This document shows, piece by piece, positions 19,688 through 26,741 of a stretch of DNA of 64,000 nt (its first letter is position 1; every line of letters begins with the position of its first letter). A program made the position numbers and the translations under genes. The stretch comes from an uncultured Alphaproteobacteria bacterium (GTDB lineage Bacteria; Pseudomonadota; Alphaproteobacteria; Caulobacterales; Caulobacteraceae). The stretch spans positions 943,578-1,007,577 of the forward strand of contig OY970153.1 in the NCBI GenBank assembly GCA_963706385.1. The letters run 5' to 3'. The notes under the pieces are model-generated. The model was not told the origin of the DNA. It searched no databases and worked only from the letters and a program-made list of their open reading frames with translations.

Positions 19688-20476
19688 GTGGATCTCACCC
19701 TCTGGTCCTATGGCGCGGCGCTGGTTGGCGGGGCGTTGATCGGCCTTTTGCTCACCGTGTTCGGCGGCGGCGGCTCGGTGCTGGCCACGCCGCTGCTGGT
19801 CTATGTCGTCGGCGTCGGCGACGCGCACGTGGCGATCGGCACCTCGGCCGCGGCGGTCGCGGTGAACGCGGCGGCGGGACTGGGCGTCCAGGCCCACGCC
19901 GGACGGGTCAAATGGCCCTGCGCCCTGGTGTTCGGCGCCGCGGGCCTGGCCGGCTCCCTGGTCGGCGCGCATTTCGCCAAACAGGTCGAGGGCGGACGGC
20001 TGCTGGCCTGGTTCGCGCTGGCCATGGCCCTGGTCGGCGGCTCGATGCTGCCGCCCAAGCGGACCGAGGGCGATCCCGGCGTGCGGCTGACGGCCCCGCT
20101 GGCCGCCCGGCTGGCCCCAGCGGGGCTGGTCACCGGACTGGCCGCCGGCTTCTTCGGCATCGGCGGCGGCTTCCTCATCGTCCCCGGACTGATGGCCGCC
20201 ACCGGCATGACCTTGGCCAACGCGGGCGCCTCCTCGCTGGTCTCGGTGGTGCTGTTCGGGGCCGCCACCAGCGCCAGCTACGCGGTGTCCGGTCTGGTGG
20301 ACGCAAAGGTCTTCCTGGCCCTGGTCATCGGCGGCGTGCTCGGCGCCGGCGCCGGCCGGCCGGCGGCCAAGGCGCTCGCCCCGCACCAGGCGCTGGCCCG
20401 GCGGGCGTTCGCCCTGATGGTGTTGGCCACCGCCGGCTACGTCGCCTGGCGGGCGTTGGGGGTAGGATCGCGGTGA
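19688..20476 (+). CDS. Sulfite exporter TauE/SafE-family (DUF81) membrane protein
   Basis: 262 aa and polytopic. Two internal repeats carry the G-G-G-x-(V/L/I) signature: LLLTVFGGGGSVLATPLL and GFFGIGGGFLIVPGLM. Confidence 0.85.
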   Translation: MDLTLWSYGAALVGGALIGLLLTVFGGGGSVLATPLLVYVVGVGDAHVAIGTSAAAVAVNAAAGLGVQAHAGRVKWPCALVFGAAGLAGSLVGAHFAKQVEGGRLLAWFALAMALVGGSMLPPKRTEGDPGVRLTAPLAARLAPAGLVTGLAAGFFGIGGGFLIVPGLMAATGMTLANAGASSLVSVVLFGAATSASYAVSGLVDAKVFLALVIGGVLGAGAGRPAAKALAPHQALARRAFALMVLATAGYVAWRALGVGSR

Positions 20477-20520
20477 CGCCGCGGGAATCATGGGGGCGGG
20501 GATCGCCATCGCCCGCGCCC

Positions 20521-20528
20521 CGGCATTG
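20521..20528. repeat. Left copy of the 8-bp target-site duplication (CGGCATTG)
   Basis: Identical octamer at 23141-23148, immediately outside the two terminal inverted repeats. Confidence 0.85.
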
Positions 20529-20592
20529 GGGAATTATCCCTTTGACAAAGTGACCACAAGCGCTAGTATGGCCCCATTGAATGAGGCCAGCC

Positions 20593-21531
20593 ATGAGCGA
20601 CTTTTCAAACCCGATCTTCCACGACGAGACCAAGGCCCGCGCATGGCTTGAAGCGCATCTGTGGCCGTATGGTCCGGTATGTCCGCATTGCACCGTCGTC
20701 GGCCACGCCACGGTGATCAAGGGCAAGACGGCGCGTGCTGGCCTGTATCAGTGTCAGGCGTGCGAGGAACAGTTCACGGTCACGGTCGGCACGATCTACG
20801 AGCGCAGCCACGTTCCGTTGAACAAATGGCTAGGCGCAACGCACCTCATGATGGCGTCGAAGAAAGGCATGAGCGCCCTTCAGATCGGTCGCATGATCGG
20901 CGTGACGTACAAAACCGCTTGGTTCATGTGCCATCGCATCCGCGAAAGCCTGCGCGAGACCAGTCCGACGCCGCTTGGCGGAAAGGGCAAGATCGTCGAG
21001 GCCGATGAAACCTATGTGGGCGGCAAGGACAAGAACCGTCACGCCTGGAAACGCAAGCACGTTCCAGGCCCCGGCGCGAAGGAAGCGGTGGTGTCGTTGG
21101 TTGAACGCGGCGGCCGTGTCCGCAGCGCCCACGTCAGCGACGTGAACAGCAAGAACCTGCGCTTGGTCCTGACCGAGGAAATCCACGCCGCCACCCACGT
21201 CATGACCGACACGGCCCGCGCCTATCCCGCGATCGGCGCCAAGTTCGCCCAGCACTCGATGGTCAATCACAGCATTGACGAATACGTGCGCGGCGAGGTT
21301 TCGACAAACACCGTAGAGAGCTATTTCGCCATCCTGAAACGCGGGATCGTCGGGACGTTCCATCATGTCTCGCCCCAGCACTTGAAGCGCTACGTCGGCG
21401 AGTTCGACTATCGCTACAACACTCGCACCGCGCTCGGTTACAGCGACGCCGAGCGCTTCGCTGAAGCCATCCCCGGCATCGTCGGCAAGAGGCTCACCTA
21501 TCGGCGGACTGGTGGACGCGCCGAAGCCTAA
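20593..21531 (+). CDS. IS1595-family transposase (N-terminal zinc ribbon plus DDE domain)
   Basis: MSDFSNPIFHDETKARAWLEAHLWPYGPVCPHCTVVGHATVIKGKTARAGLYQCQACEEQFTVTVGTIYERSHVPLNKW...VEADETYVGGK...TDTARAYPAI...HSMVNHS...EYVRGEVSTNTVESYFAILKRG. This is the classic ISXO2-like/IS1595 pattern. Confidence 0.9.
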   Translation: MSDFSNPIFHDETKARAWLEAHLWPYGPVCPHCTVVGHATVIKGKTARAGLYQCQACEEQFTVTVGTIYERSHVPLNKWLGATHLMMASKKGMSALQIGRMIGVTYKTAWFMCHRIRESLRETSPTPLGGKGKIVEADETYVGGKDKNRHAWKRKHVPGPGAKEAVVSLVERGGRVRSAHVSDVNSKNLRLVLTEEIHAATHVMTDTARAYPAIGAKFAQHSMVNHSIDEYVRGEVSTNTVESYFAILKRGIVGTFHHVSPQHLKRYVGEFDYRYNTRTALGYSDAERFAEAIPGIVGKRLTYRRTGGRAEA

Positions 21532-21555
21532 ACCGAAGCGAGGGAGGAAGAAGCC

Positions 21556-21786
21556 GTGTCCATCGAAATCCGAGAAACCATCGTAACGCCCATGGAAAAC
21601 GGTTACGGCGTTCAGCTTCGTATTTCTGACGTGACCAGCGAAGACGAATCCGCCGCATTTGTTCTTCGCCTGAGCGTTCAAATTCCAAAGACCGCGACAG
21701 ACCAGCTTTTCCTGATTGAACGCGAGGCGTTGGCGGCTGGAAATCGGGTTCTGCGCGACTTGATAGATGCTCGGAAAACGACATGA
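21556..21786 (+). CDS. Hypothetical 76-aa protein (transposon cargo)
   Basis: GTG start, 8 nt after GGAGG and 24 nt after the transposase stop. No recognisable motif. Confidence 0.45.
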   Translation: MSIEIRETIVTPMENGYGVQLRISDVTSEDESAAFVLRLSVQIPKTATDQLFLIEREALAAGNRVLRDLIDARKTT

Positions 21787-21881
21787 CGCAGGCTCTCTCA
21801 TCCGCTATTGTGTGAGCGGGTTGAGCGGCTGTGGCGGCCGGAACCTATCGACAGCGGCGGGGCTGCAACCCCGCCCGTCGT

Positions 21882-22217
21882 CTACCGCCCTATAATCTTT
21901 CCTGTCTTAGCGTCGTGCAAGGGGTCGTTTCCCCAATTCTGATTCTGCGGCGAATTTAGAAATTCGTCTGCTGTTGGGAGTTCTTTGGCGCCAACCGGAT
22001 TGCTGCAAAGTATCGAACCGGGGCCGCTTGAATAGCAATATTGCAGCGTTCCAGTGCGGGTATCGACCCGCCATACAGCGCCAGAATTTCCGGCCGGCGC
22101 AATCGCCCACGATCCCGCCGTGGGCAGTGATTTCGGGGGGGAAGGCATAGGCGCTGAAACGGGCGCCTTGTTGCAGGCCGCCAACAATAGAGCCGCCAAG
22201 AAAACGGGCGCTCTCAT
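21882..22217 (-). CDS. Hypothetical lipoprotein (transposon cargo)
   Basis: MRAPVFLAALLLAAC|NKAP has a signal peptide with an L-A-A-C lipobox. ATGA overlap with the upstream small ORF. Confidence 0.6.
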   Translation of the reverse strand: MRAPVFLAALLLAACNKAPVSAPMPSPPKSLPTAGSWAIAPAGNSGAVWRVDTRTGTLQYCYSSGPGSILCSNPVGAKELPTADEFLNSPQNQNWGNDPLHDAKTGKIIGR

Positions 22218-22378
22218 TTATCCCTCGGTCGCTTAGCTGGACTCGACTCCGCCTTCGGTTTGGCCTTCCGATGTATCGGGCCGTGCTTGGCGGCGGCGTC
22301 AATGGCGCGCTCGAACCGCTCCCAGCCATCCGGGCGCAGTTCGGGGGGCGCGTCGGTCCGATTGGGGGTGTTTGCCAT
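22214..22378 (-). CDS. Hypothetical small basic protein, about 54 aa (transposon cargo)
   Basis: MANTPNRTDAPPELRPDGWERFERAIDAAAKHGPIHRKAKPKAESSPAKRPRDK. Translationally coupled to the lipoprotein gene. The start is uncertain; alternatives go up to 22426. Confidence 0.4.
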   Translation of the reverse strand: MANTPNRTDAPPELRPDGWERFERAIDAAAKHGPIHRKAKPKAESSPAKRPRDK

Positions 22379-23054
22379 GGCTCGCGCACCTAAAGGGCGC
22401 CACACGTTCATGCCGACGCGGCGCATTGATCCTGTGCTCCAGAATGCCGTGAAACGACACGCGCGTCACGCCGGGGAAATCATCTGGTGCTGGAACATTC
22501 TCGCGGACCAACTCTACGAGCTGCTGGTCTCGTTGCTGATCGAAAAGAGCGCAGACCGGGCATGGGGGATCGCGTACGGAATCTGGACGCCGCTGCAAAG
22601 TGACGCCGCGAAGCGACAGATAATCCAAACCATCGCCGACGCGGTTCTAGCCAAGAATCCAGATCGCCTTGAAGCGGTGACGTGGCTCTTGCGCCAGACA
22701 AAAGACCTCGCCCAGCATCGGAACGATGTCGCCCACGTCGCGATTAAGTTCGCGAATGTAGGTGGCATCACCGGCAAGCCGCCCAAGATCATGCTGGTCC
22801 CCGCTGGCGCCTCTGCCAGCAAAGAGAGGGTGGAGCGCTTGCAAGATCACCCGACCGCGACGGTCTGGCGCCGCGCACGCGGCGATCTCATGGCGTTGTC
22901 GCGGTACGCCTTTCTTTTGTCGGCGAACATTCGAGGCGACGCTGCCGCTCCATGGCCTCGTAAGCCACGGTTGCTAGCCACTCCACCGAAGTCGAAGAAA
23001 GCCAGCCGAAAAGGTCGTCGTCGGCTGCCCAAAGCGCCGCCGCCCCCGCCTTAG
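22377..23054 (+). CDS. Hypothetical all-alpha protein with HEPN-like R-x4-H motif and Lys/Arg/Pro-rich tail (transposon cargo)
   Basis: Sequence ...LLRQTKDLAQHRNDVAHVAIKF... (R115-N-D-V-A-H120, nt 22719-22736), preceded and followed by predicted helices. C-terminus PRKPRLLATPPKSKKASRKGRRRLPKAPPPPP. The track start at 22260 would overlap the opposite-strand genes. ATG 22377 forms CCATGG with the divergent ORF start. Confidence 0.5.
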   Translation: MARAPKGRHTFMPTRRIDPVLQNAVKRHARHAGEIIWCWNILADQLYELLVSLLIEKSADRAWGIAYGIWTPLQSDAAKRQIIQTIADAVLAKNPDRLEAVTWLLRQTKDLAQHRNDVAHVAIKFANVGGITGKPPKIMLVPAGASASKERVERLQDHPTATVWRRARGDLMALSRYAFLLSANIRGDAAAPWPRKPRLLATPPKSKKASRKGRRRLPKAPPPPP

Positions 23055-23140
23055 CCATAGCTGCCGTTACTTTAGTCGCCGGCCTGTCACGCCCGCTCTG
23101 ATCTAGCTGTTGACGTGACTTTGTCAAAGGGATAATTCCC

Positions 23141-23148
23141 CGGCATTG
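23141..23148. repeat. Right copy of the 8-bp target-site duplication (CGGCATTG)
   Basis: Identical to 20521-20528. Confidence 0.85.
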
Positions 23149-23174
23149 ACAAGAACAAATCATGAACATATAGT
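23147..23174 (+). promoter_or_regulatory. Sigma-70-like promoter (TTGACA-16 nt-TATAGT) with a LexA box in the spacer
   Basis: TTGACA at 23147-23152 and TATAGT at 23169-23174. The spacer contains GAACaaatcatGAAC. The TTG of the -35 element is part of the transposon target duplication. Confidence 0.55.
23153..23167 (+). promoter_or_regulatory. Alphaproteobacterial LexA (SOS) box, copy 1: GAAC-N7-GAAC
   Basis: GAACAAATCATGAAC matches the GAAC-N7-GAAC / GTTC-N7-GTTC direct-repeat consensus described for alphaproteobacterial LexA. Confidence 0.65.
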
Positions 23175-23200
23175 GCCGATCTCACCATAAGGAGATCGCC

Positions 23201-23363
23201 TTGGCGCTGATCGAAAGAAGGTTCCAACTTGAGAACAAGGCTGGGGATGACCATCAGCGGCTGCCAGCACGGCAAACTGGAGTTGAAGCGTTGAGACGCG
23301 CCCGTTTGCCCCGGGTATCTACGACGACAACGATTCGCACAGTGAGGCGGTTACGTATTACCC
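23201..23363 (+). pseudogene. Truncated 5-prime fragment of a paralogue of the 23706..24464 gene
   Basis: It has the same GGAGATCG-N2-TTG translation start context as copy 2. The N-terminus LALIERRFQLENKAG resembles LPQNDQTFRLTNDVG. The reading frame runs straight into the antisense tRNA-Leu gene. Confidence 0.45.
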
Positions 23364-23450
23364 TGGTGCGGGCGGCCGGGGTCGAACCGGCACGGGGTTT
23401 CCCCCAACGGATTTTAAGTCCGTTGCGTCTACCAGTTTCGCCACGCCCGC
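23364..23450 (-). tRNA. tRNA-Leu (anticodon UAA), class II with long variable arm, CCA encoded
   Basis: Reverse complement: GCGGGCG TG GCGAAACTGGTAGACGC A ACGGA CTTAAAA TCCGT TGGGGGAAACCCCGTG CCGG TTCGACC CCGG C CGCCCGC ACCA. There is a 7-bp acceptor stem, a TTCGA T-loop and anticodon TAA. Confidence 0.93.
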
Positions 23451-23483
23451 ACTGTCGGCAGACATACCCCGCCCGCGCCGAAC

Positions 23484-23522
23484 TTTTAAGTCCGCTGCGT
23501 CCACCAATTCCGCCCCGTCCAC
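23484..23522 (-). pseudogene. tRNA-Leu 5-prime-half pseudo-copy
   Basis: TTTTAAGTCCGCTGCGTCCACCAATTCCGCCCCGTCCAC matches 23412-23450 of the intact tRNA at 32 of 39 positions. Similarity stops at the 3-prime side of the anticodon loop. The acceptor half (GTGGACG) does not match the intact gene. Confidence 0.6.
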
Positions 23523-23656
23523 CTGAAGCGGGCAGGGTTACAGGCGGAGCGCGCCCACTTCCAGCCCCGCCGCGCCGCCGCGTCCAGCGGGTCCGGCGTG
23601 ATGCGCTCGACCCCGGCCGCGGTCAGGGCGGTCCGGCGATCGAACAACCTCTATAA

Positions 23657-23671
23657 GAACAAATCACGAAC
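23657..23671 (+). promoter_or_regulatory. Alphaproteobacterial LexA (SOS) box, copy 2: GAAC-N7-GAAC, followed by TATAAT
   Basis: GAACAAATCACGAAC, then TATAAT at 23673-23678. The 26-nt core AAGAACAAATCA(T/C)GAACATATA(G/A)TGC is shared with copy 1. Confidence 0.65.
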
Positions 23672-23705
23672 ATATAATGCGTCAACATACCGCCAGGAGA
23701 TCGAT

Positions 23706-24464
23706 TTGCCCCAGAACGATCAGACTTTTCGGCTGACGAACGATGTTGGAAGCTTGGGATTGAGGTGCGCGGCGACGGGCGTTTCGCTCGCGGGCGTGCC
23801 GCTGCTACGTAAGACCCTCGTGGGATTGGAACCCCGGCCGACCGAAGAAATCGGCGCGCTGTTGGAAGAGGCCTATGGCCAGCCCGTCGATCCCGCCAAT
23901 GTGTCGCCCGGACTCGATGTCATCGCTCAGGCGCTCAATCGGGGAGATCTCGGACGGGCGATGATCGCCGCGGTACACCTAAGACTTCCCGAATTGAGCT
24001 GGGACGGTGCGGCGCGCATCGCCAAGGCGCACGGCGGCTTGACCAAATATGACCCCGACGAACCGCGGGACGAGCGCGGACGATGGACGACCGATGGGGC
24101 TTCGGGCCCGAACATGGCAAGTTCGCCCGGAGCCTTCCGTCACGACTCCCGGCCTGACGTCATGACGCCGATCCCGGTCGCCAACCGCCGTCTGCCCGAC
24201 GACGATCCCGCCTCCATCGTGTGCAACGTGGCGACCAGGCAATGTCAACTCAGCGCCCTGGACGACAAGACCAGACCATACTTCGACAGCTGCTGGAAGG
24301 CGGAAAACGCTTGCGAGCTTGTCGTATCCGCAAGTCGATCAAGCCCAGAACAACCGTTCTACGTTATATATCCAGACAGGACGGTTGTATCCATTTTGGA
24401 CGGAACCGCCATCATAACGCACATCGCCGGCACGAGACTGCAGCGTCCCTTTAGCGGGCGGTGA
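23706..24464 (+). CDS. Hypothetical protein (about 252 aa) downstream of LexA box 2
   Basis: TTG start, 5 nt after AGGAGA. The track ORF start at 23598 lies upstream of the putative promoter. It contains the motif YDPDEPRDERGRWT and a C-terminal region with four Cys. The composition looks AT-richer by eye. Confidence 0.55.
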   Translation: MPQNDQTFRLTNDVGSLGLRCAATGVSLAGVPLLRKTLVGLEPRPTEEIGALLEEAYGQPVDPANVSPGLDVIAQALNRGDLGRAMIAAVHLRLPELSWDGAARIAKAHGGLTKYDPDEPRDERGRWTTDGASGPNMASSPGAFRHDSRPDVMTPIPVANRRLPDDDPASIVCNVATRQCQLSALDDKTRPYFDSCWKAENACELVVSASRSSPEQPFYVIYPDRTVVSILDGTAIITHIAGTRLQRPFSGR

Positions 24465-24514
24465 TACTACGCATATACGGCAATCCACAATCATACGATG
24501 ACTGAAAATACGCC

Positions 24515-24913
24515 ATGATTTATCGCAACTTTCTCACGTTCACGATGTCGATCGCGATAGCATTTCTCGCCGCATCAGGAGGGTTTACAATGAACAACGA
24601 CGTAGAGAACGGCAATGATTTTCCGCCGATCTCACCAGCCGGGGAAACGGCTGCACCGAGCAACCCCGCATTTGTAAATCAATGTCTGTCACAACTGAAT
24701 TCCTTGTCCGGGATGGGAAAAATCACACCCGGCCCCAACCTGCTGACCAAGAACAATCGATGGGGATCCGTTTTCCGCGCCGATTTTTCGATTGGAAATG
24801 AAAAAACCGGTCCACTTAGAAATAGATTGGTCTGCTGGAAGCAGAAAGATGGGCAAATCAGCATCATGCTTGCAATTGGTCAAGCTGTGCCGGCCCTGAA
24901 TAGGGCCAACTGA
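24515..24913 (+). CDS. Hypothetical small exported or membrane-anchored protein (132 aa)
   Basis: N-terminal hydrophobic segment MSIAIAFLAASGGF. AT-rich codon usage compared with its surroundings. No family recognised. No clear RBS. Confidence 0.4.
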   Translation: MIYRNFLTFTMSIAIAFLAASGGFTMNNDVENGNDFPPISPAGETAAPSNPAFVNQCLSQLNSLSGMGKITPGPNLLTKNNRWGSVFRADFSIGNEKTGPLRNRLVCWKQKDGQISIMLAIGQAVPALNRAN

Positions 24914-25074
24914 TTTGAACTCGGGCGGATAGAGTCGAATTGGCGTTATGGCCAATAACTGATCGGCGCGCGGCTGGCTCAGCTCGATGATTCGTCCGAA
25001 TTCAGAAGTTCAAACGTTTAGGGCGTATTGGGCGCCGAAACCGCGTACGCTTTCGGCCAACACGCCTTGGTGGC

Positions 25075-25857
25075 CTAGATCGCCACCGGGGGGGCGCCCG
25101 GCTCGTCCGGAGTGATGTTGGCCACCCCCGCGGCGGTCAGGACGGCGACCAGCTCGGCCACCGCCCTTTCGACCTCGACCGGATCGCGGCCGCGGATCAC
25201 CAGGTTGGAGCCGTAACCCGCCGGGCCGAAGAACGGATAGCTGCCCAGCGAAAGCGCCGGGTGGGCCTTGGCCACGGCCTCCAGCGGCTCGGCCAGCACC
25301 CCCTCGCCCGTGCCGTCGACGCGCACGTTGCGGGCGACCACCACCGCCCCGCCCTTCAGCCGCCAGCCCACGTCCTCCAACATGCCGCGCATGATCTGCG
25401 GCACCCCGGCCAGCACGAAGACGTTGCCGATCATGAAGCCCGGCGGGCCGGCCACCGGGTTGCGCACCAGCTCGCCGCCCTCGGGCACGCGCGCCATGCG
25501 CCGGCGCGCGGCGTTCAGCTCGACGCCCGGCCGGGCCAGCATCATGGCGATGATCTCGGGGTTCTCGTACAGCGGCACGCCGAACGCCTCGGCCACACAG
25601 TCGGCGGTGATGTCGTCGTGGGTCGGGCCGATGCCGCCGGTGGTGATAACGTAATCGTAGCGCGCCCGCAGCGCGTCGAGCGCCGTGATGATCTCGTCCT
25701 TGACGTCGCCCACCACCCGCGCCTCGGCCAGGTCCACCCCGTGGGCGCCAAGATATTTGGCGATGACGTTGAGGTTGGTGTCCTGGGTGCGGCCGGACAG
25801 GATCTCGTCGCCGATGATCATCACCGCGGCGGTCACTCGATCTTTGCTCGCGTTCAC
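25075..25857 (-). CDS. CinA-like molybdopterin-binding (MoCF_BD) domain protein (competence/damage-inducible protein A family)
   Basis: [29 protein letters not shown]...[23 protein letters not shown] is the typical CinA N-terminal domain. Confidence 0.85.
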   Translation of the reverse strand: MNASKDRVTAAVMIIGDEILSGRTQDTNLNVIAKYLGAHGVDLAEARVVGDVKDEIITALDALRARYDYVITTGGIGPTHDDITADCVAEAFGVPLYENPEIIAMMLARPGVELNAARRRMARVPEGGELVRNPVAGPPGFMIGNVFVLAGVPQIMRGMLEDVGWRLKGGAVVVARNVRVDGTGEGVLAEPLEAVAKAHPALSLGSYPFFGPAGYGSNLVIRGRDPVEVERAVAELVAVLTAAGVANITPDEPGAPPVAI

Positions 25858-25912
25858 GCCCGTCCCTTCCTATCTCCGCCCATCCTTGGGTCCCGTTTCG
25901 AGTAGGCCGTCG

Positions 25913-26695
25913 ATGCAATTCCCGCAACCGCTGGCGCGCGGCGTTCTCGTCCGGCGCTACAAGCGTTTCTTCGCCGAAGTGGCGCTGGAGGGCGGCGGCG
26001 AGGCCACCGCCCATTGTCCCAACCCCGGCGCCATGCTCGGGCTGAACATGCCGGGCGTAACCGTATGGCTTTCCAAGTCGCCCGACCTGAAACGCAAGCT
26101 CCCCTACACATGGGAATTGGTGGAAGTCCCCGGTGATGGGCCGGATGGTTTTGTAACGTGTGGTATCAACACCATGCACCCCAACAGGATCGCCGCCGAG
26201 GCCATCGCCGAGGGGCTGATCCCGGAGCTGGCCGGCTATCCGATCCTGAAGCGCGAGGTGAGGTACGGCGAAAACAGCCGCGTCGACCTGGTGCTCGAGG
26301 CGCCGGACCGGCCGGCCTGTTTCGTCGAGGTGAAGAGTGACAAGTCCTTTTTACAACGCGACCTGAGGCCGGATCATAGTCTTTGGCTCGAAGTGAAAAA
26401 CTGCCACCTTTCAAGGACTAAAGGGGTCGCAGAATTTCCCGACTGCGTGGCGGCGCGGTCGCTGAAGCATCTGCGGGAGCTTCAAACGATGGTGGCGGAG
26501 GGCGACCGAGCCGTTGTGCTCTTCGTCGTCCAGCGCACCGATTGCGAAGCGTTTTCGGCTTGCCGCGAACTTGACCCGGCCTTCGCGCGCGGACTCGATG
26601 AAGCGGCCGACGCAGGCGTTGAGGTGTTAGTCTATGCCTGCGACGTGACTGTCGAGGAGATCAAGATTTCACGGAAGATGGCTTGGCACCGCTAA
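25913..26695 (+). CDS. sfsA: SfsA (sugar fermentation stimulation protein A / DNA-binding nuclease-fold protein); hybrid gene with an AT-richer 3-prime third
   Basis: [28 protein letters not shown]...AHCPNPGAM...NSRVDLVLE...CFVEVK...[18 protein letters not shown]...[13 protein letters not shown]. It is 260 aa. From about 26336 the codon usage becomes AT-richer. Confidence 0.8.
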   Translation: MQFPQPLARGVLVRRYKRFFAEVALEGGGEATAHCPNPGAMLGLNMPGVTVWLSKSPDLKRKLPYTWELVEVPGDGPDGFVTCGINTMHPNRIAAEAIAEGLIPELAGYPILKREVRYGENSRVDLVLEAPDRPACFVEVKSDKSFLQRDLRPDHSLWLEVKNCHLSRTKGVAEFPDCVAARSLKHLRELQTMVAEGDRAVVLFVVQRTDCEAFSACRELDPAFARGLDEAADAGVEVLVYACDVTVEEIKISRKMAWHR

Positions 26696-26741
26696 GTGGC
26701 TCAGGATCGATTTGTTTAGTCCTCGCTGGTCACAACCAGAA

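Larger units (their letters stand above)
20529..23140 (+). mobile_element. IS1595-family transposon (2,612 bp) with passenger genes
   Basis: Terminal inverted repeats: GGGAATTATCCCTTTGACAAAGTGAC (20529-20554) and its complement, with one mismatch, at 23115-23140. Perfect 8-bp flanking direct repeat. One IS1595-type DDE transposase gene and about 1.5 kb of additional ORFs. Confidence 0.85.

Noticed and set aside
22260-22376. The upstream start at 22260 for the HEPN-like ORF.
   Set aside because: It would overlap the opposite-strand small ORF and lipoprotein operon by over 100 nt, and it encodes Ser/Arg/Gly-rich sequence. ATG 22377 was preferred, but that start is itself uncertain.
23201-23656. 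A 151-aa ORF spanning the tRNA-Leu region.
   Set aside because: It runs antisense through an intact tRNA gene and its pseudo-copy. Only the first roughly 54 codons look like a real, truncated coding start.
23598-23705. The upstream ATG start given in the track for the 288-aa ORF.
   Set aside because: It lies upstream of the LexA box/TATAAT and inside G+C-rich filler. The TTG at 23706 has an AGGAGA RBS and the same context as the paralogous copy.
25033-25056. The hairpin GCCGAAA-(10 nt)-TTTCGGC downstream of the cinA-like gene, considered as a terminator.
   Set aside because: The stem is short at 7 bp and A/T-rich at one end, the loop is large, and there is no U-tract.
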